The notes under the pieces: generated by a model
Told to the model about the DNA's origin: nothing
Database searches by the model: none
Seen by the model: the letters and a program-made list of their open reading frames with translations, nothing else
Made by a program: the position numbers and the translations under genes
In this document: positions 19,550 through 27,798 of the stretch, in pieces
Layout: the number at the start of each line of letters is the position of its first letter
Numbering within the stretch: the stretch's first letter is position 1
Origin: an uncultured Pseudomonadales bacterium
Lineage (GTDB): Bacteria > Patescibacteriota > Microgenomatia > UBA1400 > PJMF01
NCBI GenBank assembly: GCA_964625685.1
Contig: CAZVBO010000003.1
Span: 298 to 64,297, forward strand
Length of the DNA stretch: 64,000 nucleotides
Direction: 5' to 3'

Positions 19550-20459
19550 GGGCCTTTTCAAAAAGAGCAGTTAATTTTTGATTGATACTGCTCAGGTGAT
19601 AGCCAATGCATAAAATTTCAAGATGGGGCTTAATGGAAGTTGGGGCTGTTAAAAATTCAAAACGCTGAGCTACGCCATTCAAAACTTGCATTTCTCCTGA
19701 TTCCCAAACCACAAAACCCTTAACTCGTAATACATTGGCTGGTAGCTCAGTGAGAACTTGTTTGAGTTTTTCTTGATTAAATGTTCCAGAATGATTAAAG
19801 ACATAGGTATCAATTTCATCATGGTGATGATGATGTGTAGCGGCTACCAGATCAAGGGTTGAGGAAATTCCAAAGGCTAACCGAGGATCAAGTATACCTT
19901 GAGGAGCTTCCACAATCGGAGAAGTTTCATTTAACTCTCGGATATATCCCACCACTGCTTGCTTTCGCTGAGCATCGACCAGCTCTACTTTATTAAACAC
20001 AATCAGGTCATTAAATTTAGCTTGCGTTTGGGCAATCGAATCCAAGTGATCGTAGCCATTAAAATTTACCACATCAATCACTGAAATCACCCCATCTCGG
20101 ATCAATCTGGGATGATGGGAAATGGTTAAAGCCAAACTTTCCGGATCAGCGGTGCCAGCCGATTCGATCAAAAATCTATCTGGGTGATACTGTTCCGCCA
20201 GTTGATCAATAGCATTATTAAGTGACCCAACTAAAGTACAACAAATACATCCATTGAGCAGCTCTTTAGTCTCAATTTTTTTATCAGCCAGAAGTTGAGT
20301 GTCAATATCGGTATTACCCACCTCATTCTTGATATAAACAATCTTTTGCTGCTGTTCCACTAAAAAATCAATTAAATGCGAAATAATAGTCGTTTTGCCC
20401 GAACCTAAAAAGCCGACAAAAACTGTGGCTGGAATTTTAGCCAATTTGGTTTTGTTCAT
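19536..20459 (-). CDS. CobW/COG0523 family G3E GTPase (zinc metallochaperone-like)
   Basis: P-loop GFLGSGKTT, CICCTL metal-binding motif and a His-rich stretch HHHHHDE. Start chosen at the internal ATG 20457-20459; the ORF track extends to 20483. Overlaps the acs 3' end. Confidence 0.75.
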   Translation of the reverse strand: MNKTKLAKIPATVFVGFLGSGKTTIISHLIDFLVEQQQKIVYIKNEVGNTDIDTQLLADKKIETKELLNGCICCTLVGSLNNAIDQLAEQYHPDRFLIESAGTADPESLALTISHHPRLIRDGVISVIDVVNFNGYDHLDSIAQTQAKFNDLIVFNKVELVDAQRKQAVVGYIRELNETSPIVEAPQGILDPRLAFGISSTLDLVAATHHHHHDEIDTYVFNHSGTFNQEKLKQVLTELPANVLRVKGFVVWESGEMQVLNGVAQRFEFLTAPTSIKPHLEILCIGYHLSSINQKLTALFEKALSQH

Positions 20460-22560
20460 TATTCTCCAAGACAATCCGTCCATCTAAAACCTTGACTCCT
20501 CTACCTGCTGGTAACACTAACAAAGGATTGATATCCAATTCTGCAATTTCCGGAAAATCAGTTACTAGTTGTGACAATCGACCAATATTTTCTACCATTT
20601 GATCAGCATCCAAGGCTTGCTGACCTCTTACACCTTGGAAAATAGCACTCATTCGGAGTGACTCCACCATTTGTCTCGCCTCTTGTTGAGAAACTGGGGC
20701 AAAGGCGAAGTTAACATCCTTTAAAACTTCCACATAAATCCCCCCCATCCCAAACATAATCATCGTTCCCAAGCCAGGAACTTTACTGACTCCTAAAATA
20801 GTTTCCACTCCATCAGCGGGCGCCATCTCCATCAGCAAAACTCCCTCTAATTTGGCTGCTGGTTGATGCTGGTGGACAGTCCGCATCATTTCCTCAAATT
20901 TTTGACCCACATTTTCCGCAGTCAGATGAAGCATGACTCCGCCTACATCACTTTTGTGCAGAATATCCGGTGACACAATCTTCATCGCTACTTGAGTGCC
21001 AAATTCAGATACGATGCCCATTGCTTCTTCAGCAGTGGCAGCTTGAGCACTTTTGAGTAACGGAAAATGATATGCCTTAAATATTTCCATTGCTTGAGCC
21101 TCGGGGAAACTATTCTGCCCTTGGGCTTTAGCTTGCTCAAAAAGCTGGCTAACTTTCACTTTATCGACATCTGCAAAATGAAATTCTTGATCCGAAGTAT
21201 TTTGGGTAAACGTATAAAATCGCCCCATCGCTGCCAATGCACTTGAGGCGGGTTCAGGCAGTGAAGTAACACTGATGTTCGCTTTTCGTAAAATATCAAC
21301 TCCAGCTTCCACCAACGCATCTCCCATAAAACTAACGACCAGCGGTTTGTGAATCTGAGGTCGTAACTCTACAATCGCTTGGGCTGTGGCTTCAACCTCT
21401 GTGACTGATTGCGGAGTCAAGATAATTTGAATCGCGTCTGTATGCTCGTCTTGAGCCACTACGGTTAAAGTTTGACGATACGTTTCAGCCAACGCATCTC
21501 CCAAAATATCCACTGGGTTGTGGGTACTGGCAGCTGGAGGTAAAAAAGATTTGAGTTGGCTGATGGTTTGATCTGATAGTTTAGTTAATTTCAATCCAGA
21601 CCGGATAACTGCATCTGTTGTTAGAACGCCTGGACCGCCGGCATTGGTAATAACGGTTACCTTCTCTACTGCAGAAAGTGGATTTTTAATAAAAACATCA
21701 GCCATATCAAAGAGTTCTTGAATGGTATTAGCTCGAATCACCCCAGCCTGACGGAATAAAGCTTCATAAGCGGCATCACCACCAGCCAAGGAACCTGTAT
21801 GAGAGGCAATCGCTCCGGCACCTTCGGCGGTACGACCTGATTTCAAAATAATCACTGGTTTGGGATTTTGACCTCGATTCATTTTTTTCAAAGTAGCAAT
21901 AAACTGAGGCGCATCTTCCAAAGCTTCGGCATACATGGCGATGACTTTAGTTTGGTCATCTTGCTGAAAATATTCAATTAAGTCTAATTCATCTAAATCA
22001 GCTTTGTTGCCAATACTCATAAATTTAGAAAAACCTAGTCCCATGGAATTAGCATAATCTAAAACTGAAGCACAGAGAGCCCCACTTTGAGACAGAAAAG
22101 CAATATGTCCTGTTTGAGGCATGATACCAGCAAAAGAAGCATTCATCTGATTATCCGGATTAATAATACCCAGACAGTTTGGCCCAACTAAGGTGATGTC
22201 ATGTTGACGGCACACCTCAGCCACTTGGTTTTCTAACTCTTTATTGCCAACTTCCTTAAACCCAGCGGAAATAACGATGGCTGCTTGCGCTCCTTTAGCG
22301 GCTGCCCCCTCCAAAGCCTGAGGTACAAATTTAGCGGGAATAATGACTACGGCCAAATCTACTTGTTCAGTTACTTCACTAATATCATGGACAACCGGCA
22401 AACCATACAGTTCATCTATTTTAGGGTTAATCGGAATAATTTTCCCAGTATAACCCTGTGTCACCAAATGTTTGACCACATCATTACCCGGTGTTTTCTC
22501 CTTGCTAGAGGCACCGATAACGGCAATAGTTTGTGGATAAAATAACGCCTGCATGGACAT
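20437..22560 (-). CDS. acetate--CoA ligase (ADP-forming), fused alpha/beta subunits (NDP-forming acyl-CoA synthetase)
   Basis: N-terminal CoA-binding Rossmann fold (AVIGASSKEKTPG), succinyl-CoA-synthetase-like ligase domain, and a C-terminal ATP-grasp region. Confidence 0.75.
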   Translation of the reverse strand: MSMQALFYPQTIAVIGASSKEKTPGNDVVKHLVTQGYTGKIIPINPKIDELYGLPVVHDISEVTEQVDLAVVIIPAKFVPQALEGAAAKGAQAAIVISAGFKEVGNKELENQVAEVCRQHDITLVGPNCLGIINPDNQMNASFAGIMPQTGHIAFLSQSGALCASVLDYANSMGLGFSKFMSIGNKADLDELDLIEYFQQDDQTKVIAMYAEALEDAPQFIATLKKMNRGQNPKPVIILKSGRTAEGAGAIASHTGSLAGGDAAYEALFRQAGVIRANTIQELFDMADVFIKNPLSAVEKVTVITNAGGPGVLTTDAVIRSGLKLTKLSDQTISQLKSFLPPAASTHNPVDILGDALAETYRQTLTVVAQDEHTDAIQIILTPQSVTEVEATAQAIVELRPQIHKPLVVSFMGDALVEAGVDILRKANISVTSLPEPASSALAAMGRFYTFTQNTSDQEFHFADVDKVKVSQLFEQAKAQGQNSFPEAQAMEIFKAYHFPLLKSAQAATAEEAMGIVSEFGTQVAMKIVSPDILHKSDVGGVMLHLTAENVGQKFEEMMRTVHQHQPAAKLEGVLLMEMAPADGVETILGVSKVPGLGTMIMFGMGGIYVEVLKDVNFAFAPVSQQEARQMVESLRMSAIFQGVRGQQALDADQMVENIGRLSQLVTDFPEIAELDINPLLVLPAGRGVKVLDGRIVLENNEQNQIG

Positions 22561-22624
22561 ACAAAATTCTTTCTAATGTCTATTGATTAATGACTAATGG
22601 TTAATGGCTAACTTCACCTTGTGC

Positions 22625-22661
22625 GTCATCCCGGATCGAGTCAAACTCGAGTCCGGGATCC
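22625..22661 (+). repeat. REP-like hairpin repeat (copy 3, +), GTCATCCCGGATCGAGTCAAACTCGAGTCCGGGATCC
   Basis: Long stem ATCCCGGATCGAGT/ACTCGAGTCCGGGAT with a CAAA loop. Confidence 0.7.
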
Positions 22662-22685
22662 TTATAATTGGTTTACTTCGTCAAA

Positions 22686-22725
22686 GATTCCGGATAACTT
22701 CTCTCCGCTCAGTTTCCGGAATGAC
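22686..22725 (-). repeat. REP-like hairpin repeat (copy 4, -), GTCATTCCGGAAACTGAGCGGAGAGAAGTTATCCGGAATC
   Basis: The plus strand reads gattccggataacttctctccgctcagtttccggaatgac. Forms an inverted pair with copy 3. Confidence 0.65.
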
Positions 22726-22738
22726 GAAAGAACTCTTC

Positions 22739-23473
22739 TCAGCACACTACCACCTTCTCTCCCAAATGTTTTTCGAATACCTTTTTCACCGCTTCAACCT
22801 GCATGCCTGTTGGTGGTTCAACTCCATCCAGTAGATATTTTCGACCCAATTCTTGGTATTTATAGACCCCTAAAGTATGATAAGGCAAAATTTCCACTCT
22901 GGCTACCGTGGTAAAGGGGGCAAAATACTTCGCCCACGCTTCAACAAACTCAGGCTGATCCGTCCAACCTGGCACCAATACATATCTCAGCCACAGTTCT
23001 TTACCAGTCTTTTCCCGATATGCTGCATTTTGTAAAACTGTCTGATTACTCATCCCAGTTAGCTTTTTATGCCAAACATCATCAATATGTTTGACGTCCA
23101 GCATGACCACATCGGATAAATCATAAATTTGTTGCACCTGATCATTAAAAACGGCTCCACACGTATCTAAACAGGTGTGGAACCCAGCTGCTTGTGCTTT
23201 CTCTAAAAGATCAAGCACTCCCTCCGCTTGGATAGTGGGTTCACCCCCGGAAAGGGTCAGTCCACCTTTTTTTTTAAAATAGGGTTTTTGTTTTTCTAGT
23301 CGATCTAGAATGTCCTCACTACTCAGCCGTAACATTTTGTCGGTAGCCATCGCTTGGGTATCAGGATTATGGCAGTAGACACATCGAAAGAGACAACCCT
23401 GGGTAAATACCACGAGTCGAATTCCCGGTCCATCATGTGTGCCAAAAGTTTCAATGGAGTGAATATTGAGCAT
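22739..23473 (-). CDS. pflA: pyruvate formate-lyase activating enzyme (glycyl-radical activase, radical SAM)
   Basis: CxxxCxxC motif (CLFRCVYCHNPDT) and a PflA-like N-terminus (IHSIETFGTHDGPGIRLVVFTQGC). Start chosen at the internal ATG 23471-23473; the ORF track extends to 23512. Confidence 0.85.
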   Translation of the reverse strand: MLNIHSIETFGTHDGPGIRLVVFTQGCLFRCVYCHNPDTQAMATDKMLRLSSEDILDRLEKQKPYFKKKGGLTLSGGEPTIQAEGVLDLLEKAQAAGFHTCLDTCGAVFNDQVQQIYDLSDVVMLDVKHIDDVWHKKLTGMSNQTVLQNAAYREKTGKELWLRYVLVPGWTDQPEFVEAWAKYFAPFTTVARVEILPYHTLGVYKYQELGRKYLLDGVEPPTGMQVEAVKKVFEKHLGEKVVVC

Positions 23474-23481
23474 ACTTTTAT

Positions 23482-23501
23482 CCCCTCTTGTCAAAGAGGG
23501 G
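23482..23501. terminator. perfect 8-bp stem hairpin CCCCTCTT-gtca-AAGAGGGG between DUF559 gene and pflA
   Basis: Direct reading of the sequence. A second palindrome aatcacgtggaacgtgatt follows at 23507-23525. Confidence 0.4.
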
Positions 23502-23508
23502 CACTCAA

Positions 23509-23883
23509 TCACGTGGAACGTGATTTGAGGGGGTGTTTAGTTATATAATTTCTAATCTTCTGAACTACACCATCCAAATTTGTTCTGACTTCTTTTTCCC
23601 TAAATCTTAAAAACTTAATTCCTAAGTTTTCTAATGCTTCTTGACGGACTTCATCATATTCACCTTTAAAGTCATGACTTTCTCCATCAATTTCGATCGC
23701 TAATCCCAATTTTAAACAGTAAAAATCCACAATGTAATTTAATAATGGTTTCTGTCTATTAAAGTCAAACCCCAGTTGCTTTGACTTCAGCCTTTGCCAA
23801 ATTAGTACCTCAGCTAAAGTACTTTTTTTTCTTAACTGCTTAGCTTTAAGCAGTAAATCCTTTCGATAAGGTATCGCTCTCAT
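23509..23883 (-). CDS. DUF559 endonuclease-domain protein (Vsr-like fold), inserted between pflB and pflA
   Basis: C-terminal LAIEIDGESHDFKGEYDEVRQEALENLGIKFLRF matches the DUF559 consensus (E.DG..H......D..R...L...G..VLRF). Confidence 0.7.
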   Translation of the reverse strand: MRAIPYRKDLLLKAKQLRKKSTLAEVLIWQRLKSKQLGFDFNRQKPLLNYIVDFYCLKLGLAIEIDGESHDFKGEYDEVRQEALENLGIKFLRFREKEVRTNLDGVVQKIRNYITKHPLKSRST

Positions 23884-23939
23884 GAAACACCTCTATCTGG
23901 CTCTCGCCAGATTTCTCCTCTTTGCTAAGAGGAGACTTG

Positions 23940-26186
23940 CTACATACTCTCGTGGAATGTCCGAGCAATTACCTCTCGCTGTTTTTCGGGATCGAGCTTA
24001 ATAAAGTTGACTGCGTAGCCCGAGACTCGAATCGTCAGTTGAGGATATTTTTCTGGATGTTCCATCGCATCTTCCAGTTTCGCTTTGTCTAAGACATTCA
24101 CATTTAAGTGATGGGCTGCTTTACCAAAGTAGCCATCTAACATTGTTACCAAGTTTTCAATCTGATCTGATTTAGTATTCCCTAAAGCTTTTGGTACGAT
24201 CGAGAAGGTATTGGACACTCCATCTCGAGCATGGTGATAGTCAATTTTGGCCACTGAGTTGAGGGAAGCAATTGCCCCTGAGTGATCTCGGCCATGCATG
24301 GGGTTAGCTCCTGGTGCAAAAGGTTCACCTTTCTTCCGACCATCTGGAGTTGAACCAGTTTTCTTACCGTAGACCACATTGGAAGTAATGGTCAAAATTG
24401 ACAAGGTGGGTGTCGCATCTCGGTAAATATGATGTTTGTGCAGTTCATCATTAAATTGAGTCACTAAGTCTTCCGCCATCTTGTCAACCACGTCATCATC
24501 ATTGCCAAAAGTGGGATACTCACCCTCTACCTTGAAATCAGTAGTCAAACCTTCTTCATTTCGGACTGGAGTCACTTTGGCAAACCTGATAGCTGATAGA
24601 GAATCAGCGGTAGAACTCATCGCCGCCATCCCAAAGGCCATGTTGCGATGAATGTGCGTATCCATGAAAGCCAGCTGAGCCCGTTCATAGTAATACTTAT
24701 CATGCATGTAGTGGATCACGTTCATGGTATTGACATAGGCTTCTGCTAAAAAGGCAACACATTTGTCAAAACGGGTTTTGACTTCCTCATAATCCAGTAT
24801 TCCCTCAGGCAGGCCTGCCTGCGCAGGCAGGGGTTCAATGCCGTCCACAATTTTGACTCCAGAAATTTCATCCCGGCCTTCATTGAGTGCATAGAGCAGA
24901 GCTTTAGCAATATTACAGCGTGCCCCAAAAAACTGCATCTCTTTCCCCGTCTCCATCATCGACACACAACAGGCAATACAGTAGTCATCGCACTGGCCTA
25001 TTTCACTCATTAGATCATCATTTTCGTATTGAATAGATGAAGTATCAATCGAAACTTGAGAACAGAATTTTTTAAAACCGGTCGGTAATTTCTCTGACCA
25101 GAGTACTGTTAAATTTGGTTCCGGAGCTGGTCCTAAATTGTAGAGGGTTTGGAGAAAACGAAAACTGGTTTTAGTGACTTTGTGTTTGCCATCACGCCAA
25201 TGTCCCCCAATCACTTCGGTCACCCAAGTGGGATCTCCGGCAAAGAGTTGATTGTACTCATCCATTCGCAAGTGTCTGACTAAGCGGAGCTTCATCACAA
25301 AGTGATCCACTAGCTCCTGAGCTTGTTCTTCCGTCAGGCTGCCGTTTTTCAAATCTCGCTCAATATAAATGTCAAAAAAGCTACTCACATTCCCTAAACT
25401 CATCGCCGCTCCATCTTGCTCTTTGAGAGCGGCCAAGTAGGCAAAGTAGGTCCATTGGATTGCTTCTTGGGCTGTTTCCGCCGGCCGACTAATGTCAAAA
25501 CCATAACTTGCAGCCATTTCTTTGATCATGCCTAGTGCTCGAATTTGTTCACTGACTTCTTCTCTCAATTTAATTAAGTCATCGGTCATCACCCCCTCAA
25601 GTTTGGCTTTATCTTGTTTCTTTTCTTCAATCAATCGATCAATTCCATACAGGGCTAAGCGTCGATAATCACCAATAATTCTGCCCCGAGCATAGTTATC
25701 GGGCAGTCCCGTGATAATCCCCGAACGGCGTAAATTTCTCATCTCAGGAGTATAAGCATCAAAGACTCCATCATTGTGCGTTTTACGATAATCCCGACAA
25801 ATTTTAATCACTTCATCATCCAACTTATAACCATATTGCTCACAGGCTTGCTCCACAATCCGGTAACCGCCAAAAGGCTTGATGGCTCGACGAAGTGGCG
25901 CATCGGTTTGTAAACCGACAATGGTTTCTAAATCTTTCTGAATATATCCTGGTTTATGACTAGTAATCGTGGAAATGGTTTTGGTATCAATATCTAAAAC
26001 GCCACCCTTTTTGATCTCCTCGAGTAATAGTTCATCAACCATTTTTTTCAGTTTCAAAGTACGCTCTGTGGGTTTAACCAAAAAGGAAGCATCACCATCA
26101 TAAGGCGTAATGTTCGTCTGGATAAAATCCCGTACATTAATTTCATCCTGCCACAGATTGGGGGTAAAGTTGGTCGAAGTTGTCAT
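23940..26186 (-). CDS. pflB: formate C-acetyltransferase (pyruvate formate-lyase)
   Basis: Glycyl-radical motif RVSGYAVNF near the C-terminus. Active-site Cys pair (CIACCVS) and a full-length PFL fold. Confidence 0.9.
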   Translation of the reverse strand: MTTSTNFTPNLWQDEINVRDFIQTNITPYDGDASFLVKPTERTLKLKKMVDELLLEEIKKGGVLDIDTKTISTITSHKPGYIQKDLETIVGLQTDAPLRRAIKPFGGYRIVEQACEQYGYKLDDEVIKICRDYRKTHNDGVFDAYTPEMRNLRRSGIITGLPDNYARGRIIGDYRRLALYGIDRLIEEKKQDKAKLEGVMTDDLIKLREEVSEQIRALGMIKEMAASYGFDISRPAETAQEAIQWTYFAYLAALKEQDGAAMSLGNVSSFFDIYIERDLKNGSLTEEQAQELVDHFVMKLRLVRHLRMDEYNQLFAGDPTWVTEVIGGHWRDGKHKVTKTSFRFLQTLYNLGPAPEPNLTVLWSEKLPTGFKKFCSQVSIDTSSIQYENDDLMSEIGQCDDYCIACCVSMMETGKEMQFFGARCNIAKALLYALNEGRDEISGVKIVDGIEPLPAQAGLPEGILDYEEVKTRFDKCVAFLAEAYVNTMNVIHYMHDKYYYERAQLAFMDTHIHRNMAFGMAAMSSTADSLSAIRFAKVTPVRNEEGLTTDFKVEGEYPTFGNDDDVVDKMAEDLVTQFNDELHKHHIYRDATPTLSILTITSNVVYGKKTGSTPDGRKKGEPFAPGANPMHGRDHSGAIASLNSVAKIDYHHARDGVSNTFSIVPKALGNTKSDQIENLVTMLDGYFGKAAHHLNVNVLDKAKLEDAMEHPEKYPQLTIRVSGYAVNFIKLDPEKQREVIARTFHESM
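24814..24831. repeat. 18-bp palindrome CCTGCCTGCGCAGGCAGG inside the pflB coding sequence (in-frame, encodes LPAQAG)
   Basis: Identical to the intergenic copy at 4165-4182, and preceded by an extra caggcagg half-copy. Confidence 0.85.
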
Positions 26187-26349
26187 AGAACTCCTTGGGT
26201 AATGACTATTGTTTATTGATTATTGTCTAGAGTTTTCCACCCAAAGGGATCAGCCTCTGGCTGAAATCATTAAACAATAACCAATAATCAATAAGCCAAG
26301 TATATCAGAAAAGAGTAATAAAATTGAAAGGGAAAGCCATACTTTTCAT

Positions 26350-26376
26350 GTCATCCTCGCGCATGCGGGGATCTGG
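26350..26376 (+). repeat. REP-like hairpin repeat (copy 5, +), GTCATCCTCGCGCATGCGGGGATCTGG
   Basis: Stem ATCCTCGC/GCGGGGAT with loop GCAT. Confidence 0.7.
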
Positions 26377-26394
26377 AACAGCGCAACCAATTTT

Positions 26395-26423
26395 CCAGAT
26401 TCCCTCTTTCGAGGGAATGACAT
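26395..26423 (-). repeat. REP-like hairpin repeat (copy 6, -), GTCATTCCCTCGAAAGAGGGAATCTGG
   Basis: The plus strand reads ccagattccctctttcgagggaatgacat. Closest to the classic GTCATTCCCGCGAAAGCGGGAATC (VIPAKAGIQ-type) palindrome. A third partial copy ccagattccctc (26445-26456) encodes the C-terminus of the adjacent CDS. Confidence 0.75.
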
Positions 26424-26441
26424 AATGGGAGATTCTTCTCT

Positions 26442-26816
26442 TTACCAGATTCCCTCATGCACCATGAAGCATTCATCCGCCACCACTTTTAGTCCCAACT
26501 TTTGAGCTTTCTCCACTACTTCTGGAGAGTGAGAACCTGGCTGCATCCAAATAAAAGGCAGGCCTAGTTGATGACACTGGTCAATAATTTGACTGGTCAC
26601 GGCTGGTGGCACTACCGTTAACACAATATCCGGAATTTCGGGCAAGTCAGCCAAGCTTTTATAAATTGGTTGATCCAGAATTGGTTCTCCCTTGGGGTTC
26701 ACCCCCAAAACATGATACTTATTTTTCAATAAATCTTGGAAAATGTGATATCCATATTTTTCAGGATTAGCGGAAACACCGACGACGGCAATGATGTGGG
26801 ATTGGTGGTCTGGCAT
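26442..26816 (-). CDS. CoA-binding domain protein (YccU/YneT-like)
   Basis: IIAVVGVSANPEKYGYHIFQDLLKNKYHVLGVNPKG is a CoA_binding_2 Rossmann signature. Confidence 0.7.
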   Translation of the reverse strand: MPDHQSHIIAVVGVSANPEKYGYHIFQDLLKNKYHVLGVNPKGEPILDQPIYKSLADLPEIPDIVLTVVPPAVTSQIIDQCHQLGLPFIWMQPGSHSPEVVEKAQKLGLKVVADECFMVHEGIW

Positions 26817-26929
26817 AAGTTAACTATACGGGAAAAATAAGGACAGGTCTATTGAAAAGTATACAGTAGCGGTTTTGCGAAAATAAAGATCTTACTGAAT
26901 TTTGCCCTCATAACTGATATAATATAGAC

Positions 26930-27193
26930 ATGATTAATTGGTCCACCGATGAGGAAAAATTCAAAAAAGAAAATCCTAATGAGTATAAAATTTGGCGTAT
27001 TGCCCAGCTTATTAATTATGGCTTAGGGAGTGAAAAACTTCGAGAATCAGAAATCAGAAATAATTGGGATAGAATCAAAGTCAGACTTGATCCCTATAAA
27101 AAAAGAGCGTTGGAATATTTAATATGGGGCAAACTATACTCACTCCCAAACAACTTGAATTTTTGGAACTTATCCAAAACGATGACCAAATAG
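26930..27193 (+). CDS. hypothetical small protein, candidate cognate antitoxin of the downstream AbiEii-like toxin
   Basis: 87 aa, overlaps the toxin ORF by 70 nt in another frame. An extended -10 (TGATATAAT, 26915-26923) lies 7 nt upstream. No recognisable wHTH. Confidence 0.35.
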   Translation: MINWSTDEEKFKKENPNEYKIWRIAQLINYGLGSEKLRESEIRNNWDRIKVRLDPYKKRALEYLIWGKLYSLPNNLNFWNLSKTMTK

Positions 27194-27795
27194 TCAAACA
27201 TTTCTACTTGACTGGTGGTACTGCACTAGCGGAGTTTTATTTGCATCACCGTCTCTCAGAAGATATTGACTTGTTTACCGAAAAACAAGAAGTTGATCAA
27301 ACCCTAACCAATGCTTTCCTGAAAAAAGTAGCTTCAAGGTTGAATATTACTGCTATCAACAGATCTCAGTTTATGGGACTTTTTAGTTATCATCTGACTT
27401 ATAATGATGGTCAAACGCTCAAAGTTGACTTTAACTATTATCCCTTTCCACCAATTGATCAAAGAATTAAGTTTGGAAAACTGTCGGTTGATAGTTTGCT
27501 TGATATTGCGACAAATAAAATTCAGACTCTTTTTATAAAGCCACGGACAAGAGACTATATAGATCTTTATTTTATTTTTAAACACCAGAAGATGGATCTT
27601 AATAAGCTTATACTTCTAGCCAAAGCAAAATTTGATTGGGATATTGATAAAATGAATCTTGCTAATCAATTTATCAGAGTGAAAGACATTAAACGAGAAG
27701 ATTATCCTTCCGTCCTCGTTCCTTTTGATATAAGCGATATGGAAACCTTCTTTCTCGATCTTGCTAAAGGCCTTAAAAACGAGATTCTTCAGTAA
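27124..27795 (+). CDS. nucleotidyltransferase AbiEii/AbiGii toxin family protein (DUF1814)
   Basis: N-terminal LTPKQLEFLELIQN...FYLTGGTALAEFYLHHRLSEDIDLF matches the AbiEii family N-terminal consensus. Confidence 0.7.
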   Translation: MGQTILTPKQLEFLELIQNDDQIVKHFYLTGGTALAEFYLHHRLSEDIDLFTEKQEVDQTLTNAFLKKVASRLNITAINRSQFMGLFSYHLTYNDGQTLKVDFNYYPFPPIDQRIKFGKLSVDSLLDIATNKIQTLFIKPRTRDYIDLYFIFKHQKMDLNKLILLAKAKFDWDIDKMNLANQFIRVKDIKREDYPSVLVPFDISDMETFFLDLAKGLKNEILQ

Positions 27796-27798
27796 CTT

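Noticed and set aside
22604-22914. Plus-strand ORFs 22604-22834 and 22621-22914 across the acs/pflA intergenic region.
   Set aside because: They are translated straight through the two REP hairpin copies and into the pflA 3' end on the opposite strand. The region is better explained as non-coding repeats.
26930-27795. Single frameshifted AbiE gene spanning both ORFs.
   Set aside because: The 223-aa ORF begins exactly at the conserved AbiEii N-terminus. The upstream ORF therefore does not need to be fused, and it lacks NTase motifs.
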